Assembly (NCBI GenBank): GCA_964473825.1
Contig: CAYYQL010000002.1
Coordinates: 160,001 to 224,000 of the forward strand
DNA: 64,000 nt
DNA from: an uncultured archaeon
GTDB lineage: Archaea; Asgardarchaeota; Thorarchaeia; Thorarchaeales; Thorarchaeaceae
Direction: 5' to 3'
The notes beneath the pieces are model-generated. The model searched no databases and was not told where the DNA came from. It saw only the letters and a list, made by a program, of their open reading frames with translations. Position 1 is the first letter of the stretch. Each line of letters begins with the position of its first letter. The translations under genes and the position numbers were made by a program. Below, in pieces: positions 30,097-39,641 of the stretch.

Positions 30097-30501
30097 TTAT
30101 CGTGGAAGTGTCCATTCTGAATGCTCTTCAACTGGAACAAACCCCAGGATTAAGTTGCCTCGAACTTCATCGAACTTGAACACTCCGAAAATATGGCGGT
30201 CGCTACTGTTCCCCCAATCGATTCTTTGTCGAGCGATCAGGTTCTCAAAGAGAGACCTGCATTGTCGCCTTACCGTCAAGAAAAGATTCCGATACCGTCT
30301 GCGTTGAGATGGTCGGATATCCCACCGCTCTAGAATAAAACGATTGGCAAGGCTATTGCTCGAGATCAGGATTGATCTCTTTTTCATGTTTGACAACTGT
30401 ACACTCTCTTCCAGTGCCTTTCTCAAAATATCAGGAGCGGTTGCCAGAATAGACGGCGTTGCGATTGGTTCTTTGAATGCTATGCTGTTCTTCTTGGACA
30501 A
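30097..30501 (-). CDS. Hypothetical basic protein (134 aa)
   Basis: Arg-rich ORF filling the gap; no family recognised. Confidence 0.6.
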   Translation of the reverse strand: MSKKNSIAFKEPIATPSILATAPDILRKALEESVQLSNMKKRSILISSNSLANRFILERWDIRPSQRRRYRNLFLTVRRQCRSLFENLIARQRIDWGNSSDRHIFGVFKFDEVRGNLILGFVPVEEHSEWTLPR

Positions 30502-30657
30502 ATGCCTCGACCATCCTCACACTAATACTGTGTGTCTTGGCTTAAGAAGACCACAATCAAGATGAACGCATCAGCCGCCTAACAACTGCACACTCTCTTC
30601 CAGTTCCTTCTTCGGTGAACTAATATCATTACACGGACCTAGCTTTCAGGGTGTAGT

Positions 30658-33003
30658 GTGTTGAAACAAAGAGCCAGAATTCACGTTACAGGTATAGTAC
30701 AGGGAGTTGGATTCAGGCCCTTCATCTTTCGTCAGGCAAAAGAACGGTCTCTACAAGGTTATGTCCTCAATCTCGGAGATGCTGGCGTTAGAATAGTGAC
30801 AGAGGGCGATGAAGAGAAAATCCAAGATTTCATTCAAGAGATACAGAGTAATCCACCATCGATATCACGCATAGAAACTCTGGATACTGAATGGATGGAA
30901 CCAACCGGAGAATTCAACGACTTCGTTATCAAGAAATCATCGACCGGAAGAAGCAAGGATGCTGCACCTGAGATTCCACCAGACATAGCAATATGTCGGG
31001 ACTGTGTTGAAGACCTATTTGATCCAAATTCTCGGTGGCACCTCTACCCCTTTACATCGTGTGCTGCCTGTGGACCTCGGTTTTCCACTATCACCGACCT
31101 TCCTTACGATAGACCCAATACAACCATGGATGATTTTCCACTATGTGATACTTGTAATACGGGTTATACAAATCCACTCGATAGAAGGTACCATGCTCAA
31201 ACCACAGCGTGTGAGAGGTGTGGTCCTTCCTACAGACTTGTTGATAAGCAAGGAAATCTAGTCGAAGATGAAGATCCTGTTCCTGTTGCTGTATCTATGC
31301 TTGACCAAGGAAGGATTGTAGCGCTACAAGGAATATCTGGTACGCATCTTGCCACAATAGTGTCAGATCCTAATCCAATACGCAAGTTGCGTCGAAGGAA
31401 GCGAAAGTCGCATCGCCCCTTTGCTGTGATGTTTCGGGATATCGAAACCGTCAAGACACAGTTTGACCTCAGTGATATGGAACAGGACTTGCTCTTATCA
31501 TGGAGAAGGCCTATTGTTCTCTTGACTATTGGAGACGATGTATCACGTGTAATACCTCAGTCTTCAATTGACCAGATTGCACCTGGCCTGGATAGCATAG
31601 GAGTGATGCTGCCCTATGCGCCGATGCATCATATGCTATTCGAGTATACAGATGAACCCGCATTGATTATGACGAGTGCAAATCCGTCCGGTGTCCCCAT
31701 GTACATCGAACCAGACAGGATTATTTCGGACCTGAGAGATATTACTGATTTCTCTCTTGTTCATGATAGACGAATTCATCAACGGGCAGACGATTCTGTC
31801 ATTAAACCATTGACCAAGTCGAAGGCGGTATTCATTCGTCGTTCACGTGGTTACGTTCCAGAACCGATAGGGGTTCGTGGTCCTTGGGGCGACTTGACCG
31901 GTATTGCTGTTGGACCTGAAGAGAAAGTCACGGGATCTGTGCTCAAGGCTAGCAACGCCTACCTTACACAGTACATTGGTGATGTCGACAAAGTAGAAAC
32001 CATCAACTTCCTGTCTGATGCACTACATCATATCAGGCATCTGATTGATGTGCCCAGACCTGATTTTGTTGCGTGTGACCTGAACCCGCAGTTTCTCACC
32101 ACCGAATTAGGCGAAGAGATGAGTAAAGACCTTGATGCTCCATTGGTCAGAGTTCAGCATCATCATGCACATCTAGCGGGACTGATTGCAGAGCATAATC
32201 TGCCCCCTGATACTCGTATTGTGTGTATTACGGTTGATGGGTACGGATATGCACCAACAGGAGAAGCTTGGGGTGGTGATATCCTTCTAGGAAACTATGA
32301 TGAATACCAACGAGTCGGAGGGCTTAGACATAGTGTCCTTCCCGGAGGAGATTTGTCAGCACGATATGCAGCAAGGTCTCTGTTGGGGATCTTAGATGAT
32401 GAGATTGATCTGTCGCAGATACTAGAATTGTCAAGGGGTTATGATATTGCACTTGGAACCCCAACCGATCCCAATACTATTGCTATGGTGTATGAGTCAT
32501 TAAGAAAAGGTATCAATACTGTCGATACGACGAGTGCCGGCAGATTTCTGGATGCGGTTTCATTAGCTATAGGCGTGTGTGGAGAGAATACATACGATGG
32601 AGAATGTCCAATGCGTCTTGAAGCTATAGCACACGATAGGGGACTCCAACTCGAAGCTCACTTCCTCGAGGCTCACGATGGTCTGAATCTGGATACAAGA
32701 GACTTGTTATTACAAGTAATACAACTGAGGAAATCAGAAGTGCCACAAGAGGGGCTTGCATACACAGCCCTACATACCTTAGGTGCAAGCCTAGCTGATG
32801 CAAGTTGTGATATCGCGGAACAACATGGGCTTCAACATATCGGTCTCTCAGGAGGAGTCGCACTGAATAGGATTGTAACACGATCTGTGATTAATCAGGT
32901 TAACAAGAGAGGATTAACGCCGCTTATCCACAAGCAAGTACCACCTGGCGACGGAGGAATCTCTCTCGGACAGCTTGCTATTGGGGCAAAGAAGCTTTCT
33001 TGA
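30658..33003 (+). CDS. hypF: Hydrogenase maturation carbamoyltransferase HypF
   Basis: GIVQGVGFRPF acylphosphatase, CxxC Zn fingers, YrdC-like domain, QHHHAH, PPGDGGISLGQ. Confidence 0.97.
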   Translation: MLKQRARIHVTGIVQGVGFRPFIFRQAKERSLQGYVLNLGDAGVRIVTEGDEEKIQDFIQEIQSNPPSISRIETLDTEWMEPTGEFNDFVIKKSSTGRSKDAAPEIPPDIAICRDCVEDLFDPNSRWHLYPFTSCAACGPRFSTITDLPYDRPNTTMDDFPLCDTCNTGYTNPLDRRYHAQTTACERCGPSYRLVDKQGNLVEDEDPVPVAVSMLDQGRIVALQGISGTHLATIVSDPNPIRKLRRRKRKSHRPFAVMFRDIETVKTQFDLSDMEQDLLLSWRRPIVLLTIGDDVSRVIPQSSIDQIAPGLDSIGVMLPYAPMHHMLFEYTDEPALIMTSANPSGVPMYIEPDRIISDLRDITDFSLVHDRRIHQRADDSVIKPLTKSKAVFIRRSRGYVPEPIGVRGPWGDLTGIAVGPEEKVTGSVLKASNAYLTQYIGDVDKVETINFLSDALHHIRHLIDVPRPDFVACDLNPQFLTTELGEEMSKDLDAPLVRVQHHHAHLAGLIAEHNLPPDTRIVCITVDGYGYAPTGEAWGGDILLGNYDEYQRVGGLRHSVLPGGDLSARYAARSLLGILDDEIDLSQILELSRGYDIALGTPTDPNTIAMVYESLRKGINTVDTTSAGRFLDAVSLAIGVCGENTYDGECPMRLEAIAHDRGLQLEAHFLEAHDGLNLDTRDLLLQVIQLRKSEVPQEGLAYTALHTLGASLADASCDIAEQHGLQHIGLSGGVALNRIVTRSVINQVNKRGLTPLIHKQVPPGDGGISLGQLAIGAKKLS

Positions 33004-33038
33004 GTGTGTATTATCTATAATACACATCTAACTTTGGG

Positions 33039-33653
33039 TCAGATGTATTTCCTAACTTCTTCCAGGCCTCTCTTGAAAGCAGCCTTGTTTATGGATTCAA
33101 ACCTACCGGGAAAGGATGACGCGATGGTCTCTAAGGCAGTCTTCTCGCTAATCGGTGTAATTGACGAAGCTATAACTGCCCCCAACATGACCATGTTCAT
33201 CGACCGGGGACTGCCGGCATCCTTTGCGAACTTCATAGCATCAAATTTGATTATCTTTTCAGTGAAATTCCGCAAGGAGGATTCTATGATTTCTTCAGAA
33301 GGATATTCTGCTTTTCCCATAGAAACTGCAACAGGATAAACAACATGCGAGTTCATGAGTACTTGACCGCTTGGTTTGATCACGGAAATCTCTCTTAGAG
33401 TTTCAGCCGGTTCAAATCCGACAAGGATGTCTGCGGTTCCGGTATCGACAATCGGCCCTCTAACGTCTGAACCAATTCGTACAGTACAGACTACGTGACC
33501 CCCTCTCTGTGCCATCCCATGAATCTCGCCCACTCGGACGTTGAGTCCATCTGCCAGTGCAGCCTTGGCCATTATCTCAGCTAGCGTGAGAACGCCCTGA
33601 CCTCCAACTCCTGAAATCACTATGTTCAAAATATCAGCTGAGTCTTCACTCAC
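33039..33653 (-). CDS. iorB: Indolepyruvate:ferredoxin oxidoreductase beta subunit
   Basis: GVGGQGV, EIHGMAQRGGHV; GTG start at 33653. Confidence 0.93.
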   Translation of the reverse strand: MSEDSADILNIVISGVGGQGVLTLAEIMAKAALADGLNVRVGEIHGMAQRGGHVVCTVRIGSDVRGPIVDTGTADILVGFEPAETLREISVIKPSGQVLMNSHVVYPVAVSMGKAEYPSEEIIESSLRNFTEKIIKFDAMKFAKDAGSPRSMNMVMLGAVIASSITPISEKTALETIASSFPGRFESINKAAFKRGLEEVRKYI

Positions 33654-33655
33654 AT

Positions 33656-35548
33656 CTATTCCTCCTTCTGCTTGATTGCACCCTGCGGACATACTTCTAC
33701 ACAGGTGCCACAGAGATTGCATAATGTTTCGTCTATCACAGCCTTGCCTGTTTCAGGATCTTCATACATGGCTGGGCATGACAACCGATTGAGACAGCGT
33801 TTGCATGCGTTACAGATCTCGGGATCGACATAGTATTGAGACGGGTACTCTTCCGTCCTTCGTCTTTCTGCTGCCGTGAGCAAGGCACATGGTTCTCTCG
33901 ATACGAGAACTGCAGGTGCCTGGTTCTCACGTACCCAGTTCACCATCTCTCGAACCTCCTTGACCATATCTGCAACAGAATCGAATGGCCGAATAGTCTT
34001 GACATACTCTACTCCAAGACCTTGGCAGACCTTGGCTATATCTAGGGGTTCAACTTGTTTTTGCATGCCGGTTAGACCCGTACCCGGATGTGGCTGATGA
34101 CCAGTCATTGCTGTAGTGCGATTGTCTAATACAACAAGAGAAACAGGATGCTGATTGTAGACTGCATTTGCAACACCGGCGAGGCCAGATGCGAAGAACG
34201 TACTATCCCCAATTGTTGCAACCACATCTTGATCGGTTACCTGTGCAAGCCCACAGGCAGTTGTTATAGAGGATCCCATATCAAAGAGTATGTCTGCGGT
34301 TTCAAGTGGAGGGGCGATACTCAGCGTATAACATCCAATATCTGAGGGGTAGATTGCCTTTCCGCGAGTTGCCGTCTTTATGGCATAATAGCTTGCCCGA
34401 TGAGGACATCCAGCACAGAGGAGAGGAGGTCGTGGTGGAATGTCAGGGAGCTCTGCTGCCTTCTCTTCAAGTGCTTCCCAGAGAGTTGGTGTATTACGAT
34501 TAATAGCCTCTGATATTCCCTTCATGACGATCCGAGGACTGTACTCATATGTTCTAGAGAAGTATCCTTGTTCCTTTCCCAGAATGTCAACATCGACTTC
34601 TCTCAGTTGAGCAATCCTGCGAGTGTGTGTTTCCAAGAAGGGTTCAAGCTCCTCTACAATGACTACTTTCGAATGACGCCTCAAGAAATCGGAAATCTTG
34701 TCTTCTGGGACAGGATGGGTCATACCAAGTTTCAGTACTTCAGCATTAAGATTCATGATTGAGAGAGATTCCACGACGTAGTTGTATGCTACGCCGCTTG
34801 TGATTATGCCCAGTTCGCCCTCACCCTCAGTGAAGTTGAGATTGCTGGATTCTGAAATGCTCTTGGCTTTCTCAATCTGTTGGAGCAACCAAGGATGACG
34901 TGTTCTTGCAACTGATGGAACCGGGACAAATCGGAACGGTTCCTTTTCGAATTCTACATGCTTGGGACGATCTTGAATGGGCCCGAAAGTAACAGGGGAT
35001 CGCGAGTGATTTACTCGCGTAGTTGTTCGAAGAACCACTGGAAGCTCCAGTTTCTCGGAGATTTCATAGATTTCCAATAGCATACTCTTTGCTTCTGCAG
35101 GGTCAGCGGGCTCTACCATAGGCATATTTGCCATCAGTGAGTAGTATCTGGAATCATTCTCGTTCTGAGAACTCCACATGCTGGGGTCATCGGCTACCAC
35201 AATGATCATGCCTCCCCGCACACCAACATATGCTAGGGTCATGAAAGGGTCTGCGGCCACATTCAGTCCTGGCCCCTTGCATACCATCATTGATCGCACT
35301 CCTGCAACAGCAGCCGCTCCTGCTACCTCCATTGCAACCTTTTCATTGCTACTGAACTCAAAATAGAAATTGGGAATGTGAGGAGCCATTGAAAACAAGT
35401 TGTTTCCTATCTCACTACTCGGCGTTCCTGGATAGAGAGCCACAAGGCGAACACCTGCCTCCAGGGTACCCCGGGCAATCGCCTCATTAGCAAGTAAGAG
35501 GTGAGTGGCCCCAACACAATCCGCCAGAAGTTCGTTCCTTTTGGTCAT
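33656..35548 (-). CDS. iorA: Indolepyruvate:ferredoxin oxidoreductase alpha subunit
   Basis: YPGTPSSEI, NEKVAME, RPPLLCAGCPHR, GDSTF, TAMTGHQPHP, C-terminal ferredoxin. Confidence 0.96.
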   Translation of the reverse strand: MTKRNELLADCVGATHLLLANEAIARGTLEAGVRLVALYPGTPSSEIGNNLFSMAPHIPNFYFEFSSNEKVAMEVAGAAAVAGVRSMMVCKGPGLNVAADPFMTLAYVGVRGGMIIVVADDPSMWSSQNENDSRYYSLMANMPMVEPADPAEAKSMLLEIYEISEKLELPVVLRTTTRVNHSRSPVTFGPIQDRPKHVEFEKEPFRFVPVPSVARTRHPWLLQQIEKAKSISESSNLNFTEGEGELGIITSGVAYNYVVESLSIMNLNAEVLKLGMTHPVPEDKISDFLRRHSKVVIVEELEPFLETHTRRIAQLREVDVDILGKEQGYFSRTYEYSPRIVMKGISEAINRNTPTLWEALEEKAAELPDIPPRPPLLCAGCPHRASYYAIKTATRGKAIYPSDIGCYTLSIAPPLETADILFDMGSSITTACGLAQVTDQDVVATIGDSTFFASGLAGVANAVYNQHPVSLVVLDNRTTAMTGHQPHPGTGLTGMQKQVEPLDIAKVCQGLGVEYVKTIRPFDSVADMVKEVREMVNWVRENQAPAVLVSREPCALLTAAERRRTEEYPSQYYVDPEICNACKRCLNRLSCPAMYEDPETGKAVIDETLCNLCGTCVEVCPQGAIKQKEE

Positions 35549-35643
35549 TTCAGTGCCTCACTAGGACGATCATCCACAAAGACGAACGAGCAACAATAGG
35601 AAATGTGTATCAGTCTTTTGGTTCGTGATATACTAACGTCTTC

Positions 35644-35661
35644 TTAGAACATGTGTTCCAA
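35644..35661. promoter_or_regulatory. GAAC-N4-GTTC palindrome, copy 1 of 3 (others 35878-35895, 36205-36222)
   Basis: TTAGAACATGTGTTCCAA; TTGGAACACATGTTCCAA; TAAGAACACATGTTCCAG. Confidence 0.75.
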
Positions 35662-35670
35662 GCGATTCTA

Positions 35671-35840
35671 GACCCCTTTATTTCCAGTAGAGCTTCGTGT
35701 CGATCGGTTCCCGTTCGCTTAATTAACCAAAACTATAAATAGCTATTAGGTCAGCTGTCCTTATCTCCATTTTAATACAATACACTACTACCCGCTGTTG
35801 TAGTACCCCATTTTTTAAACTCTAGTGGAAACGAAGGGGT
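35671..35840. other. Probable replication origin: inverted ORB pair flanking an AT-rich spacer
   Basis: Minus-strand CTCTACTGGAAATAAAGGGGTC (35671-35692) and plus-strand CTCTAGTGGAAACGAAGGGGT (35820-35840) match the archaeal ORB pattern (TCCA-TGGAAA plus G-string); about 127-bp AT-rich spacer. Confidence 0.75.
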
Positions 35841-35897
35841 GAACCGGGAGATTCCGGATCTACTCATTCATTATAGTTTGGAACACATGTTCCAATT

Positions 35898-36188
35898 CTA
35901 CACTTTATCGAATTGGACAACTTCAAAAACAACAGTGGAGAGAATATCGTTGTATTTCTTGAAAAGCTGGTCAAACATACTCTTACAAGTGTCAGGTACG
36001 AGAATAGCAGAGTTGGCAACTGCTTCGGAAGCTGAGCATTGATCTAGCAATCCAGGTTTCCGCTTCTCCTTCTTACCACTCTTTGTCTTCCAAGAATAGA
36101 CAAAACCGTACAATTCCTTAGTAAAGGCTACTCTTCTTGCATTTGTCTGACGTGCCTTCTCACAGTCATAGACATACAGATAGACCAT
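35898..36188 (-). CDS. Small Cas2/VapD-like ferredoxin-fold protein (stand-alone)
   Basis: MVYLYVYD N-terminal strand with Asp, RR..F..ELYG, NSAILVP. Confidence 0.6.
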   Translation of the reverse strand: MVYLYVYDCEKARQTNARRVAFTKELYGFVYSWKTKSGKKEKRKPGLLDQCSASEAVANSAILVPDTCKSMFDQLFKKYNDILSTVVFEVVQFDKV

Positions 36189-36331
36189 GCTACTATCCCA
36201 AGACTAAGAACACATGTTCCAGTATTCAAACAGTGTATTACCGGCATAATCTCTCAGACGGAAAGATTAATGCAGGGGAAAAAACGCAAGTGGTTCTCGT
36301 GGCTACCTAAACATTATGAGGTGACTTTCGA

Positions 36332-37636
36332 GTGAATAAGATTGGTATTAGAAAAGAAGAGAAAGCATTTGAAAGACGTGTGCCGCTTGTGCCATCTCAT
36401 GTATCACAATTGGTCAAGGATTACGATATAGATGTCGTTTTAGAACCTAATGAACAACGCGTCTTTCCTGAAAGTGCATACTCACAAGTAGGTGCATCCA
36501 TCTCCTCGTTGAAGGGAGATAGAGCGGATGTAATCCTTGGGATCAAGGAGATGCCATTAGGCTTCTTTGAGAAGGACAAGGTGTACGTTTTCTTCAGCCA
36601 CACAATCAAGGGCCAAGAACACAACATGGACATGCTGCAAGACTTGATAGATTCTGGAGCCACACTTATTGACTATGAATGCGTCACTAACGAAAGAGGG
36701 ACCCGTCTCATCTACTTCGGAAACTGGGCAGGGATGGCAGGAATGTCGGACACCTTACGAGTTTTCGGAGAACTCCTTGACAGGAAACGAATTGCTCCAA
36801 ACCCCTTCTCGGACATGAAGCCAACCCTAGATTGTGATGGTCTCGACGGTCTTCGTGAGGTCTTCCAACAAGTTGCACAACGCATTAAGGAAGATGGACT
36901 TCCTGCTTCATTGGTTCCATTGGTAGTTGGGTTTGCTGGCTACGGTAATGTTTCTCGTGGTGCTCAAGAGATGTTTGACATCCTGCCTCACGAAGCCGTG
37001 GATCCTAGAAGTCTCTCTACCTTAGAATCTCGAAGTGACATCATCTACAAATGTGTGTTCAAAGAGAAGGACATGGTGGAGCCCAGGAGCCCAGACATTC
37101 AATTCGATTTACAGGACTACTACAAGTACGGCAGCGAGAAATACTCGGGATTATTCCATAGATACGCTCCATATCTCACCATTCTAATGAACTGTATATA
37201 CTGGACAAAGAAATATCCACGACTTCTGACTAGGGAACAGATTCGCGACATCTGGCAAAGATCTAACAACCGTCTCTTAGTCATCGGTGACATATCCTGT
37301 GATATTCGGGGCGCAATAGAGTTCACTGTTCGGACTACAAAGCCCGACAAACCTGCCTTCACATACTTAATAGACAAGGATGAGGCGAAGCTAGAGATTA
37401 CTGAGGAGGGACCGGTTGTCATGGCCATTGACAATCTGCCTTGTGAACTTCCTCGTGAATCATCAACATCTTTTAGTGAAACATTACTCGAGTTCATACC
37501 GCCCCTTGCAAAGGCCGATTTCACAGCTGACTTTCAACAACTAGAACTCCCAAATGAGCTAAAGAAGGCTGTTATCGTCTATCGTGGAGAACTGACGGAA
37601 GAATATGAACATCTGAAGAAATACTTAGAGAAGTGA
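36332..37636 (+). CDS. Lysine-ketoglutarate reductase (saccharopine-forming, AlaDH/PNT fold)
   Basis: GIRKE..ERRVPL, GIKE, FFSHTIKGQ..NM, LIDYE, DISCD, AIDNLPCELPRESS. Confidence 0.9.
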   Translation: MNKIGIRKEEKAFERRVPLVPSHVSQLVKDYDIDVVLEPNEQRVFPESAYSQVGASISSLKGDRADVILGIKEMPLGFFEKDKVYVFFSHTIKGQEHNMDMLQDLIDSGATLIDYECVTNERGTRLIYFGNWAGMAGMSDTLRVFGELLDRKRIAPNPFSDMKPTLDCDGLDGLREVFQQVAQRIKEDGLPASLVPLVVGFAGYGNVSRGAQEMFDILPHEAVDPRSLSTLESRSDIIYKCVFKEKDMVEPRSPDIQFDLQDYYKYGSEKYSGLFHRYAPYLTILMNCIYWTKKYPRLLTREQIRDIWQRSNNRLLVIGDISCDIRGAIEFTVRTTKPDKPAFTYLIDKDEAKLEITEEGPVVMAIDNLPCELPRESSTSFSETLLEFIPPLAKADFTADFQQLELPNELKKAVIVYRGELTEEYEHLKKYLEK

Positions 37637-38979
37637 CTACAATGAAACGAGTGTTATGCCTAGGTGCTGGACTGGTTGCAAAACCCTATGTACAGTATCT
37701 TTCTGATAGGGGATATCATGTAACCGTGGCCAGTCGGACTGAGAAAAAAGCACAGAAGCTCATACGTGAATGTGCCAGCGCAGAAGCTGTGAGATTTGAC
37801 ATAAGTAAAGATGACGAGCTCCTAAACAAACTGATATCAGAGGCTGACTTGGTCTGCTCACTCCTTCCCTACACATTCCATGTCAAAGCTGCCAAGGTCG
37901 CATTGAAATTTGGAAAGCATTTCTGTACAACCTCTTACATTTCCGATGACATGCAGGATCTTGATGCCGCTGCTAAAGCGGCTAGAGTGCTACTTCTTAA
38001 TGAATGTGGGGTCGATCCCGGAATTGATCACATGAGTGCTATGAAGATTATTGACGAAGCTCATGAGAATGGCGGTAAAATAGTCAGTTTCACTTCGTTC
38101 ACAGGGGGTCTTCCCGCACCAGATGCCAATAACAATCCCTTCGGGTACAAGCTATCGTGGAGTCCGCGAGGAGTTTTACTTGCCGGAAGAAACGATGCAC
38201 ACTTTCTGAAAGATGGAGAAGAGGTGACCATTTCGGGCAAGGATCTCTTTGACAACTGCAGGATTATGGAAGTTCCAGGCATGGGCCAATTCGAAGGATA
38301 TCCCAATCGTGACAGTATGTCATACATTCGTATCTATGACATCCCAGAAACACAGACTATGCTACGTGGCACTTACCGGAATGTGGGCTGGTGTTCTACA
38401 CTCAAGAAGATTGCAGACCTCGGTCTACTCTCTCTCAACGAAGAGTCGTTCAAAGGAATGACATACTCTCAAATGCTTCGCGATGCAATAGGGTCTGAGG
38501 GGGGCAACATACGGCTAGTGGTAGCCAAAGAGATTGATGTTGAATCCGATAGCCCCATCCTAGACCGACTTGAATGGTTGGGGCTATTCTCGGACATTGA
38601 AATACCTGAGGACATTGACACCAGACTTGATGCTCTTTGCCATCTCTTTGTAGAAAAGATGCAATATGCACCTGGAGAACGTGATATGATTGTAATGCAT
38701 CACGAGTTTGTAATCCAATATCCAGATAGGAAGGAGAAAGTCACGTCGACATTGGTTGACTATGGAATCCCTGACGGAAACAGTTCCATGTCCAGAACTG
38801 TTGCATTGCCCGTCGCAATTGCCAGCCGTATGATTCTCGAAGGAACAATCAATGTCACAGGGGTACACAGACCAATCATTCCCAAGATTTACAATCCAAT
38901 ATTGGATGAGCTTGAGGAATTAGGCATCAAGTTCGAAGAAAAACGGACTGTATTGGATACTGATACACAGAGCATTTAG
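37633..38979 (+). CDS. Saccharopine dehydrogenase (Lys9/AASS SDH-like)
   Basis: GAGLVA, SLLPYTFH, NECGVDPGIDHM, GGLPAP, YKLSWSPRG, YPNRDS, MSRTV. Confidence 0.93.
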   Translation: MTTMKRVLCLGAGLVAKPYVQYLSDRGYHVTVASRTEKKAQKLIRECASAEAVRFDISKDDELLNKLISEADLVCSLLPYTFHVKAAKVALKFGKHFCTTSYISDDMQDLDAAAKAARVLLLNECGVDPGIDHMSAMKIIDEAHENGGKIVSFTSFTGGLPAPDANNNPFGYKLSWSPRGVLLAGRNDAHFLKDGEEVTISGKDLFDNCRIMEVPGMGQFEGYPNRDSMSYIRIYDIPETQTMLRGTYRNVGWCSTLKKIADLGLLSLNEESFKGMTYSQMLRDAIGSEGGNIRLVVAKEIDVESDSPILDRLEWLGLFSDIEIPEDIDTRLDALCHLFVEKMQYAPGERDMIVMHHEFVIQYPDRKEKVTSTLVDYGIPDGNSSMSRTVALPVAIASRMILEGTINVTGVHRPIIPKIYNPILDELEELGIKFEEKRTVLDTDTQSI

Positions 38980-38998
38980 AGTGATTGCGTAGCATATA

Positions 38999-39631
38999 CT
39001 ACTCAAATTGAATCTCAATAGCTGCAAGGATCTCTTCAGCCCGTTGAGTTTCACTCTGCACTTCGTCCAGCTCAGTTCTTAGTCTATAGGTATAACCGGA
39101 CCTATTGCCGAATCTCTCAAGATGACCCTTACCCCTGTCCCACATTCTTGCTAAGTATGTAGAGGCTGTACTTTTTGGCAAATCTTCGCCAAATGTCCCC
39201 TCATATATCTCTGTAACATCTAATGAGGAGAACTTGCCATGCTTGAATGAGGCATAAATTATCATCTGCATCTTCTCGAAATTACTCATAGATTCGGGGA
39301 TTACCTTCTCAAACGAAAGCGTCTGTTTTTCCTGAGAAACAGGTGATAGCGTCTGGCCAGTTGTTGTTTCAAGAAAAACACGGAACTTTGCAAGCATCTC
39401 ATCCACGGTGCCTTTCACCTGAAAGCTCGACTCTTCTCGTGTGGCTTCATTAGAGATTACGATTTTGAAATCAAATGGCGACTCGGTCATTGCAAGGATC
39501 TTCTTGAATCTCATCAATGCCTCATCCGGTGTAACATACTTGCATTGGAAGATCTCGTCCAGGCCTGGAGCTGAGCTATAAGTGAATTCATAGATGAAAC
39601 CAGTTCGTTCACTTCCCAAAGTATATTCCAC
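38999..39631 (-). CDS. Protein with C-terminal winged-HTH DNA-binding domain
   Basis: FSSLDVTEIYE...KSTASTYLARM...LERFGNRSGYTYRL wHTH pattern. Confidence 0.75.
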   Translation of the reverse strand: MEYTLGSERTGFIYEFTYSSAPGLDEIFQCKYVTPDEALMRFKKILAMTESPFDFKIVISNEATREESSFQVKGTVDEMLAKFRVFLETTTGQTLSPVSQEKQTLSFEKVIPESMSNFEKMQMIIYASFKHGKFSSLDVTEIYEGTFGEDLPKSTASTYLARMWDRGKGHLERFGNRSGYTYRLRTELDEVQSETQRAEEILAAIEIQFE

Positions 39632-39641
39632 TCCAGTCTTC

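Noticed and set aside
35898-36188. Cas2-like ORF as part of a CRISPR-Cas locus
   Set aside because: No array, cas1 or other cas gene in the window; the palindromes are three dispersed copies, not repeat-spacer units
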